A stretch of 64,000 nucleotides of DNA from a virus. The stretch covers positions 5,059-69,058 of the IMG/VR virus record IMGVR_UViG_3300047160_035999; one strand, given 5' to 3'. Made by a program: the position numbers and the translations under genes. Below, piece after piece: positions 54,659 to 63,754 of the stretch; within the stretch, counting starts at the first letter, position 1; every line of letters begins with the position of its first letter. The notes under the pieces are model-generated. The model saw only the letters and a list, made by a program, of their open reading frames with translations. It was not told the origin of the DNA and ran no database searches.

Positions 54659-55299
54659 CGACCCGCATTGCCAGGTCGGCCATACGAGATCCTGATGCAT
54701 TTGCGGTGGAAGTGGCTGCCTTCGCGCATGAGCACCGAAACTGGACCGCGCATATGGAGCGCGTCAAGCACGACGAAGATCGCGGCGTCACAGGAATCGA
54801 GCGGCATGCGCCCTATCCTCGCCCGCTCCACCATCAGCTGGTGATGGACGCCGTCAACGAGCATGGCCAGCCGGACTATGAAATATTCGACGACGGACCC
54901 TCTGCTTCGCAGGTGCTGCAGTCGAAAAAGACCGGCCTGCTGGCAGAGGTCAGCTGCGCCGAGGCCGCGGCGATCGCGGCCCTCGTGCCAGCGGGCAAGC
55001 GCCGCCTGCTCAACATGCGCGCGCAGAAAATCCGGGAAGACGATCGCGATCGTTACGCCAAGGCCGCCGAGGCGCGAAGCGGGCTTCTGACAAAACTGAT
55101 GATCACTTCGATCGATCCGGCTGATCTCGCCGCGGACGTCGAGGCGATGCGCCCCGCTGCCGACACGGCGTTCCTGAAAGAGCAGGACGAGATCAAGCGC
55201 AAGATCGATGCGATCGAGCAGAGCGCTGCGCAAGCCATGCACGACATCGAGGACCTCACGATCGACACCATCGATCGCTGGACGATGCCCGAATTCTGA
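54655..55299 (+). CDS. Tail fibre-associated protein (chaperone-like)
   Basis: ATGA-coupled after the fibre gene; helical. Confidence 0.55.
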   Translation: MTTRIARSAIRDPDAFAVEVAAFAHEHRNWTAHMERVKHDEDRGVTGIERHAPYPRPLHHQLVMDAVNEHGQPDYEIFDDGPSASQVLQSKKTGLLAEVSCAEAAAIAALVPAGKRRLLNMRAQKIREDDRDRYAKAAEARSGLLTKLMITSIDPADLAADVEAMRPAADTAFLKEQDEIKRKIDAIEQSAAQAMHDIEDLTIDTIDRWTMPEF

Positions 55300-55307
55300 A
55301 GGACACC

Positions 55308-58300
55308 ATGACCCTGTTGAAGTCGACAGCACTCGCCGTCGCGGCGTGGGCGCTCGCGTGCCCGGCCGTGGCCATGGCGCAGAGCACCCCTAACCTGACC
55401 TATGGACAGGTGCCGACCGCAGGTCAGTGGAATTCCTACTTTGCCGCAAAGCAGGACGTGCTGGGATACGTTCCCTTCAACGCCGCCGGCGGCACGTTCA
55501 CCGGGCGCGTGGTGATGGCGGCCGCCGGTGCATCGGTTGCGGGCCTCAACATCACGCCCGGCTCGACGCCCTCCAGCCCGGCACCTGGCGACCTGTGGGT
55601 GACCGACGCGGGGTTCTTCGGCTATGCCAACGGCGTTACGTCGCCGTTTGGACTGACACCGCCGAAGCCGATCTCGGGGTTCAGCTATCAGTATTCCGCG
55701 GCCGACAACGGATACATCGTCCAGCGCTCCAATGGCGGCCTTTCGATGGTCGACATCTTGCGCGGCGACACCATCCTACCGAGCGGCGCCGTCTTCACGG
55801 TGAAGAACGACGACGTCGCCGGCCAGCTTGCGCTTTCGATATCGAACGGCGTTGTCACCGGATCCATTTCCGGAACGACGTTTACCGCCGCGTCGGGGCT
55901 GGTCGGCACCCTTGCGCCCGGGCAAACCATCGGAGGGGCAGGCTCCGGTGTCCTCGCCGGCACCACGATCGTATCCCAGCTGACCGGAACGCCGGGCGGC
56001 CTCGGGACCTATCAGGTGTCGCTCAGCCAGACGGTTGCCTCGACGAGCCTCACATTCGGCGCAACGCTGAACGGTGATCTGAACAACTATGTTCCGATCG
56101 GTCCTGGTCAGAGCGCGAGTTTCGCGTCCGACGGCGTGAACTATCGCTCGATCGGCGCTCCGCTGCGCTCCAAGTCGATCTCGACGCCATTGGGCAGCGT
56201 CACGGGATCGATCTCGGGAACGACGCTCACGGCTTCGTCTGCCCTTGCAGGCACCCTGTCACCCGGTCAGATGATCGGCAATGCCGGGTCGACTATTGCG
56301 CTGGGCACGAAGATCGTGTCGCAGCTGACCGGCACCACCGGCGGGACCGGTACGTATCAGGTCAGCATCAGCCAGACGGTTGGCTCCGGCACCATCTACT
56401 TCGGCTTCCCGACGACGCTCTTTTTCGCCGCGAGCGGCGGGTTGGACGTAAACTCGGGCGTGGACCCGTCTGTTCCGCTCGCGACGCCGCAAGGCGCGAT
56501 GAACACGCTCTCTCAGCGCTATGATCTCAGCGCCGGTTTCTTCGTCGTGCAGGCCTGCCAGACCGCCGGATCAACCTGCAACCCGCCGAGCTCGCCGCAA
56601 ACCTTCTCGGGATTCCTGGTCCGGGGCCGTCCTCTCGGCGTCGGCAACCCGCTCGGCGTGAATCCCTTCTATCACGCGATCCTCTTTCGCGGGGACCCTG
56701 CCAACACGGCGAATTACACGATCAGCGCGCCGGGCACCTGCGTGCAGGCAATTCAGTCGACGCTCATGGTCGACGGTTTCACGCTCACCTGTGGCGGCGA
56801 CGGCATCAGTGCGACGACCAATTCCATCGTCGGCGTCGGCAACATCGCCTACGGTGCCATGACTGGCAATGATATGTTCGCCGGCGCGTCGTCGTACATC
56901 CATTGGGACAACAACAGCACGAAAACCGGCGCTGCCTCGTGTCACCAGCTGGCTGCGACCGGAAGCACGATTGCTGCGAACGGTTCTGGACTTACCGAGA
57001 CCATGAGCAGTGCCGTCTGGGGCACCGGCAACTATTGCGTGAAGGAGGGAGGCACCGTCGACAATACCGGAGGCACTCAGTCCGGAACGGCGACCGGGCC
57101 AAAGTTCAACATCGGCATCGGCGGCGGATACATCGCGATTGGAACTTCTGGCGTCGATCCGAACACGCTGCTGGTCGGCAACTCGAACGGCACTTACGGT
57201 GCGACCGGGCCGGCGAACAATGTAGCCGGCCCCGGCACCTTCAACGGCCTCACGGTCTCCGGGTCGTTCAGTGCTCCCGGCCTCGTCGGCAATGCGAGCC
57301 TGACGAACGCGTCGATGACCATCAACGGCACGACCTGCACGCTGGGATCGAGCTGCAGCCCGTCCGCCGCCGCAACCTCGATCGCCAACGGCAGCACGCT
57401 GGTGACCGGCGGCACCGGGGGTCGTGTCCTGATGGACAACAGCGGCACGCTCGGCGAGTATGCGATCAGCGGCACCGGCAATGTCGCGATGACAACCAAC
57501 CCGGTGTTCACGACGCCGAACCTCGGCACGCCGTCGGCCGTCACCCTCACAAACGGCACAGGCCTGCCCACCACCGGCCTGACCGGCACGCTCCAGGCCG
57601 CGCAATTTCCGGCGCTCACCGGCGACATCACCACGACGGCTGGTGCTCTCGGCACCACGCTCGCGACCGTCAACTCGAATGTCGGCACGTTCGGCTCGGC
57701 GACCCAGTCGGGGACCTTCACCGTCAACGCCAAGGGCCTGATCACGGCAGCGGCCAATGTCACCATCACGCCGGCGGTCGGAAGCCTCACCGGCGCCGGC
57801 TCGGGCGTTCTGACCGCGCTCGGCATTGCCGTGGGCTCCGCCGGCGGGCCCGTCACCAATGGCGGCGCGCTCGGTTCGCCGTCGTCGATCGGCATGCTCC
57901 CCGCCTTCACGCTCGGCGGCACGATCTCCGGCGGCGGCAACCAGATCAACAACGTCATCATCGGCAACTCGACGCCGCTTGCCGGATCGTTCACAACAGC
58001 ATCGGCCAGCACCTCGATCACGAGCCCGATCCACTACGGCGGATCGAGCGCCGGTTCGACGCTTACGTTGCAGTCGACCTCGAGCGGCGCGCCGTCGGGC
58101 GACAAGATCCTTTTCAACGCGGGCGGCTCGACGCGCGGAACGATGCTGTCCGGCGGCAACCTCGGTTTTGGGACGGAGACCAACCCGCAGTTCCCCCTCG
58201 TTGTGAGCGCCAACACGACGACCGGCATCAACGTGTCGGGCTCCGGAAACATGGCGGTCTTCGTCAACGCCGACGGCCAACCGAGCAACTTCGCCGTCGT

Positions 58301-58802
58301 CACCTTCGCGAACAACTCAGGCAACAATCCAGGATTCATCACGTACCATGCGGAGGGCACGGCCCTCTCGCCGACGCAGTCAAAGGCGAACGACGTCACC
58401 GGATTCTTCGCGTCCAAGGCCTACAATAGCAGCCCGGGCTGGAACGGGACGCCGCAGGGCCTCGCGATCTTCGCCGGGCAGGACCAGACGTCGAGCGCGC
58501 AGGGCGGGTACGCCAAGATGCTGCTGACGCCGAACGGCTCGACCACGCGAGGCACGGTCATGCGCTGGCATGGCAGCGGCGGCGTATCGATCGTCAGCGA
58601 GAACGACCCCGGCGCCGGAGCGATGCTCCTGAAGCCGCAGACGTTCGCCAGCCTGACGACCTGCAGCGGCACGATCGAGGGCGCGATGGCGTCGGTGACG
58701 GACAGCACCGTCAACACCTGGGGCTCGACGATCGCGGGCTCGAGCACCAACCACGTCATGGCCTATTGCGACGGGACTAACTGGACGGTCGCAGCGAAGT
58801 AG
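55308..58802 (+). CDS. Large fibre/adhesin-like protein with N-terminal signal peptide
   Basis: [25 protein letters not shown]; Gly/Thr/Ser-rich; two beta modules, a beta-helix-like middle and fibre-shaft motifs. Confidence 0.75.
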   Translation: MTLLKSTALAVAAWALACPAVAMAQSTPNLTYGQVPTAGQWNSYFAAKQDVLGYVPFNAAGGTFTGRVVMAAAGASVAGLNITPGSTPSSPAPGDLWVTDAGFFGYANGVTSPFGLTPPKPISGFSYQYSAADNGYIVQRSNGGLSMVDILRGDTILPSGAVFTVKNDDVAGQLALSISNGVVTGSISGTTFTAASGLVGTLAPGQTIGGAGSGVLAGTTIVSQLTGTPGGLGTYQVSLSQTVASTSLTFGATLNGDLNNYVPIGPGQSASFASDGVNYRSIGAPLRSKSISTPLGSVTGSISGTTLTASSALAGTLSPGQMIGNAGSTIALGTKIVSQLTGTTGGTGTYQVSISQTVGSGTIYFGFPTTLFFAASGGLDVNSGVDPSVPLATPQGAMNTLSQRYDLSAGFFVVQACQTAGSTCNPPSSPQTFSGFLVRGRPLGVGNPLGVNPFYHAILFRGDPANTANYTISAPGTCVQAIQSTLMVDGFTLTCGGDGISATTNSIVGVGNIAYGAMTGNDMFAGASSYIHWDNNSTKTGAASCHQLAATGSTIAANGSGLTETMSSAVWGTGNYCVKEGGTVDNTGGTQSGTATGPKFNIGIGGGYIAIGTSGVDPNTLLVGNSNGTYGATGPANNVAGPGTFNGLTVSGSFSAPGLVGNASLTNASMTINGTTCTLGSSCSPSAAATSIANGSTLVTGGTGGRVLMDNSGTLGEYAISGTGNVAMTTNPVFTTPNLGTPSAVTLTNGTGLPTTGLTGTLQAAQFPALTGDITTTAGALGTTLATVNSNVGTFGSATQSGTFTVNAKGLITAAANVTITPAVGSLTGAGSGVLTALGIAVGSAGGPVTNGGALGSPSSIGMLPAFTLGGTISGGGNQINNVIIGNSTPLAGSFTTASASTSITSPIHYGGSSAGSTLTLQSTSSGAPSGDKILFNAGGSTRGTMLSGGNLGFGTETNPQFPLVVSANTTTGINVSGSGNMAVFVNADGQPSNFAVVTFANNSGNNPGFITYHAEGTALSPTQSKANDVTGFFASKAYNSSPGWNGTPQGLAIFAGQDQTSSAQGGYAKMLLTPNGSTTRGTVMRWHGSGGVSIVSENDPGAGAMLLKPQTFASLTTCSGTIEGAMASVTDSTVNTWGSTIAGSSTNHVMAYCDGTNWTVAAK

Positions 58803-59847
58803 AGAGGTGTCCACCCAAGGCTATGCATAGCGCGGCAAACCGATGCGACGCGAAGACCGCAAATCGGTTGATCGGCGCAAATGTCCCCGCAGCGGCAAAT
58901 GAGAGGGCCACGATCAGCAGATCGATGCCGACGCGCGCCGCGAGGTCGCCTGCGTGGCGCATCAGCGGCTCGCCGAACAGCACGATGACCGGGCCGTGGA
59001 TCAGATAGAGCGGGAACGATACCTCACCGAGACGCGCGGAAAGCGGGCTGGAAAGCCATGCACGTATCGGCTGCAGACAGATGCACCCAAGGGTGAACGG
59101 GATCGCTCCGAGCAGGATCGCCGCTTCGACGTTGGACGATTTGAAGGGCTGCGCCGCGCCGAGCACCAGCAGAGCAAGTCCTGTGACCGAAGGAGTCCTC
59201 TCGATCCAGCCGCGATTGTAGCAATCAGCAATTGCAGCGCCAGCAGGAAACAGGGACAGCACTTTCGTTCCGTAGGTCGGCGCGTCCAGGGCGATCCAGA
59301 GAGCAAGGATCGCAAGCACCGGAAGCCGCCATGGTGCGCGTCCGAGCGATAGGACGGCCATCAGCACGAGCACTGAACCGAAAAGCTCCGGGCCCATCGT
59401 CCAGAGCGGCCCGATATAGGTCTGCTTGAGATCGAACGCAAAGAAAACATCCCAGAGTGCGAACCGGAAGAGATGTCCGGCCGTCGGCTGGAAATCAAAG
59501 GCGAACTGAAAATTCGGCAGGCGATCATCGGGCGGCGAGACCGCGCCGAACACGAGAGCCAGGTGCATGATGAGGCAGGCCGCAAAAATCGGGATCGCGA
59601 GCCGCAAGTAACGGCCCGCGAGAATCTTGAACCAGCCCTCTAGCTGATAGGTCTCAAGATACCGCACTGTCAGCGAAAAACCCGATACGACGAAAAAGAC
59701 CAGCACGGCGAGGTTGCCGTTGAACGGCACGAACTTCTCCAGCGCCTTGAACGACGGCGCCGGCGGCAGGCTGTCGCAGAAGCAGTGATAGAGCAGCACG
59801 ACGACGGCTCCCCAGCCGCGCAGCCCATCCAAAAACCTCAACTTCAT
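58777..59847 (-). CDS. Acyltransferase-3 family (OafA/Oac-like) membrane O-acyltransferase
   Basis: FLDGLRG.....V.LYH; AV..FFVVSGF; RY.RL; GPLWT...E; LG..SFPLYL.H; about 10 TM segments; antisense to the late operon. Confidence 0.9.
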   Translation of the reverse strand: MKLRFLDGLRGWGAVVVLLYHCFCDSLPPAPSFKALEKFVPFNGNLAVLVFFVVSGFSLTVRYLETYQLEGWFKILAGRYLRLAIPIFAACLIMHLALVFGAVSPPDDRLPNFQFAFDFQPTAGHLFRFALWDVFFAFDLKQTYIGPLWTMGPELFGSVLVLMAVLSLGRAPWRLPVLAILALWIALDAPTYGTKVLSLFPAGAAIADCYNRGWIERTPSVTGLALLVLGAAQPFKSSNVEAAILLGAIPFTLGCICLQPIRAWLSSPLSARLGEVSFPLYLIHGPVIVLFGEPLMRHAGDLAARVGIDLLIVALSFAAAGTFAPINRFAVFASHRFAALCIALGGHLSTSLRPSS

Positions 59848-59951
59848 GAGCGCTCCAACCGGCGGTCGGAGGTCATCTAACTCGGCAACTCGCCGGTGCG
59901 CAACTCCGGCGGGCATGACCATTCGTCGGGTAATTGAGCAGGAACAGCACC

Positions 59952-60827
59952 ATGCAGCACCCTTTCGAGACGCTGAAAGACGAATATGCCCATCAGCTTA
60001 CCCTGATGGCCGTCAATCCTGCCAGGACCAAGGCCATCGACGACGCCGCGAAGAAGATCCTGAGGCCGGACAATCTCGACGTCTACACGGCCGCATGCCA
60101 GGGCACGGCCATCCCGCCGGCCTTCATCGGCGCCCTCGAGCTGCGGGAGAGCGATTGCGACCCGACCCGGGCGCTCGGCCAGGGCGACCGCTGGGACCAC
60201 GTCTCGGTGAACGTGCCGCGCGGCATGGGCCCCTTCAAGTCGCGCCTGGACGCGATGGTCTTCTATATCCACTACGATGGGCTGGACCAGAATTCGGCGC
60301 CGTGGTCGATGGAATATGCGTGCTGGAAGGGCGAGGCCTGGAACGGCTTTGGGCCGCGAGCACACGGGCGCCCGACCGGCTATCTCTGGGCAGCCACCAC
60401 GATCTACGACAAGCCCTGGGGCGAGGGCGGGAAGTACATCAGGGACAACGTCTGGTCGCCGTCGACCTATGACACACAGCTCGGCATCGTGCCCGTGTTG
60501 CAGCGCATCGGCCAGCTGCGGCCAGACCTCGCCATCGGCGCGGCGTTGCCGACCGTGGAGGCTCCGCCCGTCGTGCCGGCGCCGTCTCCCCTCCCCGTTG
60601 GCGTCGGCGGAAGCGATCTCCTCGACCTGACGGACGTGGAGTCGGTGGAGGCTCTGCAGGCGATGCTGAACGAGAAGCATGCGACGGCGGATCCTCTCGT
60701 CATCGATGGGTCGTATGGTCGACAGACCCGCGCCGCGGTGCGCGCCTATCAGGCATCACACGGCCTGACCCCGGACGGCCTGGCCGGTCCCGCCACCCTG
60801 AAATCGCTCGGCTTTATCGAAGCCTGA
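59952..60827 (+). CDS. Endolysin: lysozyme-like domain plus C-terminal peptidoglycan-binding domain
   Basis: LELRES..D; E.WNGFG...G.PT.YLW; LQAMLN...L.IDG.YG..T..AVRAYQ..HGL.PDG.AGP.T. Confidence 0.85.
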   Translation: MQHPFETLKDEYAHQLTLMAVNPARTKAIDDAAKKILRPDNLDVYTAACQGTAIPPAFIGALELRESDCDPTRALGQGDRWDHVSVNVPRGMGPFKSRLDAMVFYIHYDGLDQNSAPWSMEYACWKGEAWNGFGPRAHGRPTGYLWAATTIYDKPWGEGGKYIRDNVWSPSTYDTQLGIVPVLQRIGQLRPDLAIGAALPTVEAPPVVPAPSPLPVGVGGSDLLDLTDVESVEALQAMLNEKHATADPLVIDGSYGRQTRAAVRAYQASHGLTPDGLAGPATLKSLGFIEA

Positions 60828-61024
60828 TGCGCGCGGCCATCGTCGCACTGGCGGTCGCGCTCATCGCCGGGACGCCGCCGATCTATGGGCCACCGATGTC
60901 CGCGCTCGAGTTCTTCACCGACCCGTGGCGGTGCTTTGGCGCCGCCAGATACGAGGCGATGAGCCGCGGGCTGCAATGTCCGTTCATCCAGCGCTATCCC
61001 CCGAAACGGCGGCCGAGATCGTGA
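60827..61024 (+). CDS. Small protein with signal-like N-terminus in the lysis cassette
   Basis: TGATG-coupled to the endolysin; MRAAIVALAVALIAG; no lipobox. Confidence 0.5.
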   Translation: MRAAIVALAVALIAGTPPIYGPPMSALEFFTDPWRCFGAARYEAMSRGLQCPFIQRYPPKRRPRS

Positions 61025-61035
61025 CGGAAACCAGC

Positions 61036-61701
61036 ATGCCGTCAGATGCGCTCGTCGCCTCGCTCTGCGCAGCGATCTACCGGCCGATGGCGATCGTCGA
61101 GCTCGACCACTTCGATGCCGGCGAGGATGACGGGGTGTGCTGGGGCATCAAGCGCCTGCCCGGCTGCGATGTGGTGATCTTCCGAGGGTCGATCACGACG
61201 CTGGATTGGGTCCGCGATCTCCGCGCGCTCGCCAGCAAGACGAAAGTTGGGCACGTCCATGTCGGCTTCTACGCCGGCATGGAGCACGTCTGGAGCGATC
61301 TGCGGCCGCTGGTCAATCAGCCCTGCATCGTCGCCGGCCACTCGTTGGGTGCCGCGCGCGCGGCCGTGCTGACCGCTTTGATGGTGGTCGACGGTGCGCC
61401 GCCGGCCGCCCGCGTGGTGTTCGGTGAGCCGAAGCCCGGAATGCTCGACTTCGCGAGAATCGTCGGGACCGTTCCGGGACGCAGCTACCGCAACGGCGAC
61501 AGCCTGCATCACGACCTCGTTTGTGACGTGCCGTTCAGCTTTCCACCGCTCCAATACATGCATCCGACGCCGATCGTGCCGGTGCTGTCAAAGCCTTCCG
61601 AATCGCTCTTCGAGCGCTTCGGCGTCTTCGCCTACCACGATATCGACCTTTATCAGGCCGCGCTGTCACAAGCGTCAGCACAAGCATCACAGGAGAAGTA
61701 G
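61036..61701 (+). CDS. Class 3 lipase (alpha/beta hydrolase)
   Basis: VIFRGS, GHVHVGF, GHSLGAA (GxSxG), FGEPKPG, DLVCDVP (Asp), YHDIDLY (His); alternative GTG start at 61021. Confidence 0.85.
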   Translation: MPSDALVASLCAAIYRPMAIVELDHFDAGEDDGVCWGIKRLPGCDVVIFRGSITTLDWVRDLRALASKTKVGHVHVGFYAGMEHVWSDLRPLVNQPCIVAGHSLGAARAAVLTALMVVDGAPPAARVVFGEPKPGMLDFARIVGTVPGRSYRNGDSLHHDLVCDVPFSFPPLQYMHPTPIVPVLSKPSESLFERFGVFAYHDIDLYQAALSQASAQASQEK

Positions 61702-61702
61702 C

Positions 61703-62575
61703 GTGCCCAACAAACCGTTCTGGCTTCCCGACACCCAGGGCTTCCTCGCAACGGCGATCATCCTCTTGATCGCAGTGGTCGTCCTGATCCTGATCCTGCA
61801 TCCGCCCGTCATCGATGAGCGCACCAGCGGCGTGCTGATGACGATCGTGGGCGTGCTGATCGCGTGCCTGAAAGACGTCTATTCCTTCTTCTTCGGGTCC
61901 TCGAAGGGCTCGGAGAAGAAGGACGATGCCCTCATTTCCGCGTCGATATCGCCGGGGGCGCCGAGTGCCCCGACGTCCGTCCCTGCCGGCGGCGTGGCTA
62001 CGGCGGTCAAGGCGATGATCGTCGCCCTCGCCGTCGGTTTGACCGCGATGGTGCTCCTGCCTCAGGAAGCGATGGCCCAGGGCGGCATCAAGGTTCGCTT
62101 TCCTGATCCGCTGAAGCTGAACCAGCAGCAGGCGACAAACGACGGCGCGCCGTCCGGCCTTGCCAAGTTCATGAACGACCTCGCCGCGCTCAAAACAGAG
62201 GTCGTCGACGGCGCCGTCGCGGACCTGAATGCCGCCGACGCGGACGCTTCGACGCTCACGAATGCGTCCGACCCGACGAGCTTCCGCGATCCGATCGCCC
62301 ACGCCTGCTATCCAGCGGCGGCGAAGTTCCTGCAGTCGCTGCCGACGGCGAGCCCGCCGACCGGAACATTTGTCCTGGTGCAGCTGTTCCAGAAGAAGCG
62401 CGACTTCGTCATGCAGATCCAGGCCGGCCTGCCGACCTACCTCAAGCTCGGCTGCGCGCCGCTGCTCGGCGACGAGGCTGCGATCTTCACGAAGGTCCTG
62501 GGCCTCGTCGGCGTGAAGGTGGCGCTCTCCTCGCTCATCCCGGGCGCCGGCACGCTCGCCGGTCTGTCGTTCTAG
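61703..62575 (+). CDS. Holin-like protein with a long C-terminal extension
   Basis: GTG start; two TM segments then FFFGSSKGSEKKD holin-type motif; third hydrophobic segment ending AMA-Q; helical domain; hydrophobic C-terminus. Confidence 0.65.
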   Translation: MPNKPFWLPDTQGFLATAIILLIAVVVLILILHPPVIDERTSGVLMTIVGVLIACLKDVYSFFFGSSKGSEKKDDALISASISPGAPSAPTSVPAGGVATAVKAMIVALAVGLTAMVLLPQEAMAQGGIKVRFPDPLKLNQQQATNDGAPSGLAKFMNDLAALKTEVVDGAVADLNAADADASTLTNASDPTSFRDPIAHACYPAAAKFLQSLPTASPPTGTFVLVQLFQKKRDFVMQIQAGLPTYLKLGCAPLLGDEAAIFTKVLGLVGVKVALSSLIPGAGTLAGLSF

Positions 62576-62597
62576 CGCGGCCGAGGTGCCGAAAGGG

Positions 62598-62978
62598 ATG
62601 GCCGACAGAATCGACGGGATAAGCCACGCGATTGGCTCGCTGGAGTCGTCGGTCAAAACCCTGACCGATACCTGGCAACGCCAAGACAGGGAGGCGGCAG
62701 AAGGTCGACGCCGCCTCTACGACAAGGTCGAGGAGTTGAAGGCGCAACAGGAAGAATTGGCGCGCCAGCAGCAGGACCTGACAGGTAAACTGGCCAAACA
62801 GACCGAAGAACTCGCCGAAATCAAACCGGCCATCAAACGGTTTGAAGCGCAACGGCAGCGTGCAGAAGGCGCGCGCAGCTTGATCAAGCTGATGTGGATG
62901 GGGATTGTCGCTTTCGCGACTGGCCTCGGATATGTCGGCCACGAGCTACTGGTCTATTTCTGGCCGCCGAAACACTGA
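62598..62978 (+). CDS. Coiled-coil protein with C-terminal TM (lysis-region accessory)
   Basis: AIGSLESSVKTL coiled coil; TM LMWMGIVAFATGLGYV. Confidence 0.65.
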   Translation: MADRIDGISHAIGSLESSVKTLTDTWQRQDREAAEGRRRLYDKVEELKAQQEELARQQQDLTGKLAKQTEELAEIKPAIKRFEAQRQRAEGARSLIKLMWMGIVAFATGLGYVGHELLVYFWPPKH

Positions 62979-62996
62979 GAAGTTGCAGACCTAATC

Positions 62997-63045
62997 GAGC
63001 CCCACTGTGCCCTTCGCCGGGCCGGTGGGGCTCATTTGTTGTTTC
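62997..63045 (+). terminator. Intrinsic terminator of the late operon
   Basis: Stem GAGCCCCAC/GTGGGGCTC (62997-63005/63025-63033) followed by ATTTGTTGTTTC. Confidence 0.7.
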
Positions 63046-63262
63046 AGGCCTGCTTCGGCCGCCTGCGCGAAGGCGGCCGCTCTCCCAGGAGCACGATGTT
63101 CGCGAGCGAGGCCAACAGCGTCGCGTTGCGCGCGAAAGCCGCTTTCTCGAGGCGGACTGCGACGACGGCGTGTGTCTCGTTTTCGGCGATGATCTTGGCT
63201 TCGGTTTTGAAATGATCGACAGAATTGTCTTTTTTGATACCCATGCTTCCGCCCCGCAACAT
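63044..63262 (-). CDS. Hypothetical protein
   Basis: 72 aa ORF; start uncertain. Confidence 0.4.
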   Translation of the reverse strand: MLRGGSMGIKKDNSVDHFKTEAKIIAENETHAVVAVRLEKAAFARNATLLASLANIVLLGERPPSRRRPKQA

Positions 63263-63385
63263 TGCATCCCCCGGATTCTGAAGTGTTCTTGGTGGTAGGA
63301 TGGCAATCTCAACATATGCTCGCGGAGGTTATCAACCGCCGAGGTGTCCAAAATGGACGAATCCCGTAGTTGTGCGGACAGTGTC

Positions 63386-63754
63386 CTAGCGCAGATGGCC
63401 AGCACTTGCCTGTACGAGCTTCACCAAAGCAGCGTGGTCGTCCAGTCTGAGTGCGGCAAGCCTGTTGGTCGGCGTACAATAGACTTTGCCGTTTCGCTCG
63501 ATGGCGCCGCGGCGGATAAGCGTACGCAATTTCCGGATTACGCTCGCACGCGGCATGCCGACATAGTCGGCGAGCTTGCTTGCGGTGAGCGGGCGCCCCT
63601 CGATCGTGCTGAGATAGACGGCAGCCCCGATGAGCAGGAAGTCAGTGCGGGAGCCGAATTGAGCCTGCATGTCCGGCGCCGCAGACCTGTGGAGCTGCCG
63701 GGTGAGTTCAATCCATAGCCGTGCGAGGTGGTAAAGCTTGGGTCGATGAGGCAT
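63386..63754 (-). CDS. Winged-helix (MarR-like) DNA-binding protein
   Basis: PLTASKLADYVGMPRASVIRKLRTL..RG.IER.GK.Y. Confidence 0.65.
   Translation of the reverse strand: MPHRPKLYHLARLWIELTRQLHRSAAPDMQAQFGSRTDFLLIGAAVYLSTIEGRPLTASKLADYVGMPRASVIRKLRTLIRRGAIERNGKVYCTPTNRLAALRLDDHAALVKLVQASAGHLR

Larger units (their letters stand above)
1..63045. mobile_element. Temperate myovirus-like prophage or phage genome; left end runs beyond the window, right boundary approximate
   Basis: Continuous early, immunity, replication, packaging, head, contractile tail and lysis modules; no host housekeeping genes seen. Confidence 0.95.

Noticed and set aside
53594-58802. Diversity-generating retroelement or invertible fibre cassette
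   Set aside because: No reverse transcriptase, no TR/VR pair with adenine-specific mismatches, no invertase or inverted crossover sites
60827-62978. Rz/Rz1 spanin pair
   Set aside because: No lipobox-Cys lipoprotein or nested Pro-rich Rz1 frame found; the 62598 protein has its TM at the C-terminus rather than the N-terminal TM of an i-spanin
63326-63339. GGTTATCAACCG operator-like sequence
   Set aside because: One base shorter than the 14-bp CI operator spacing; may be real but cannot be supported
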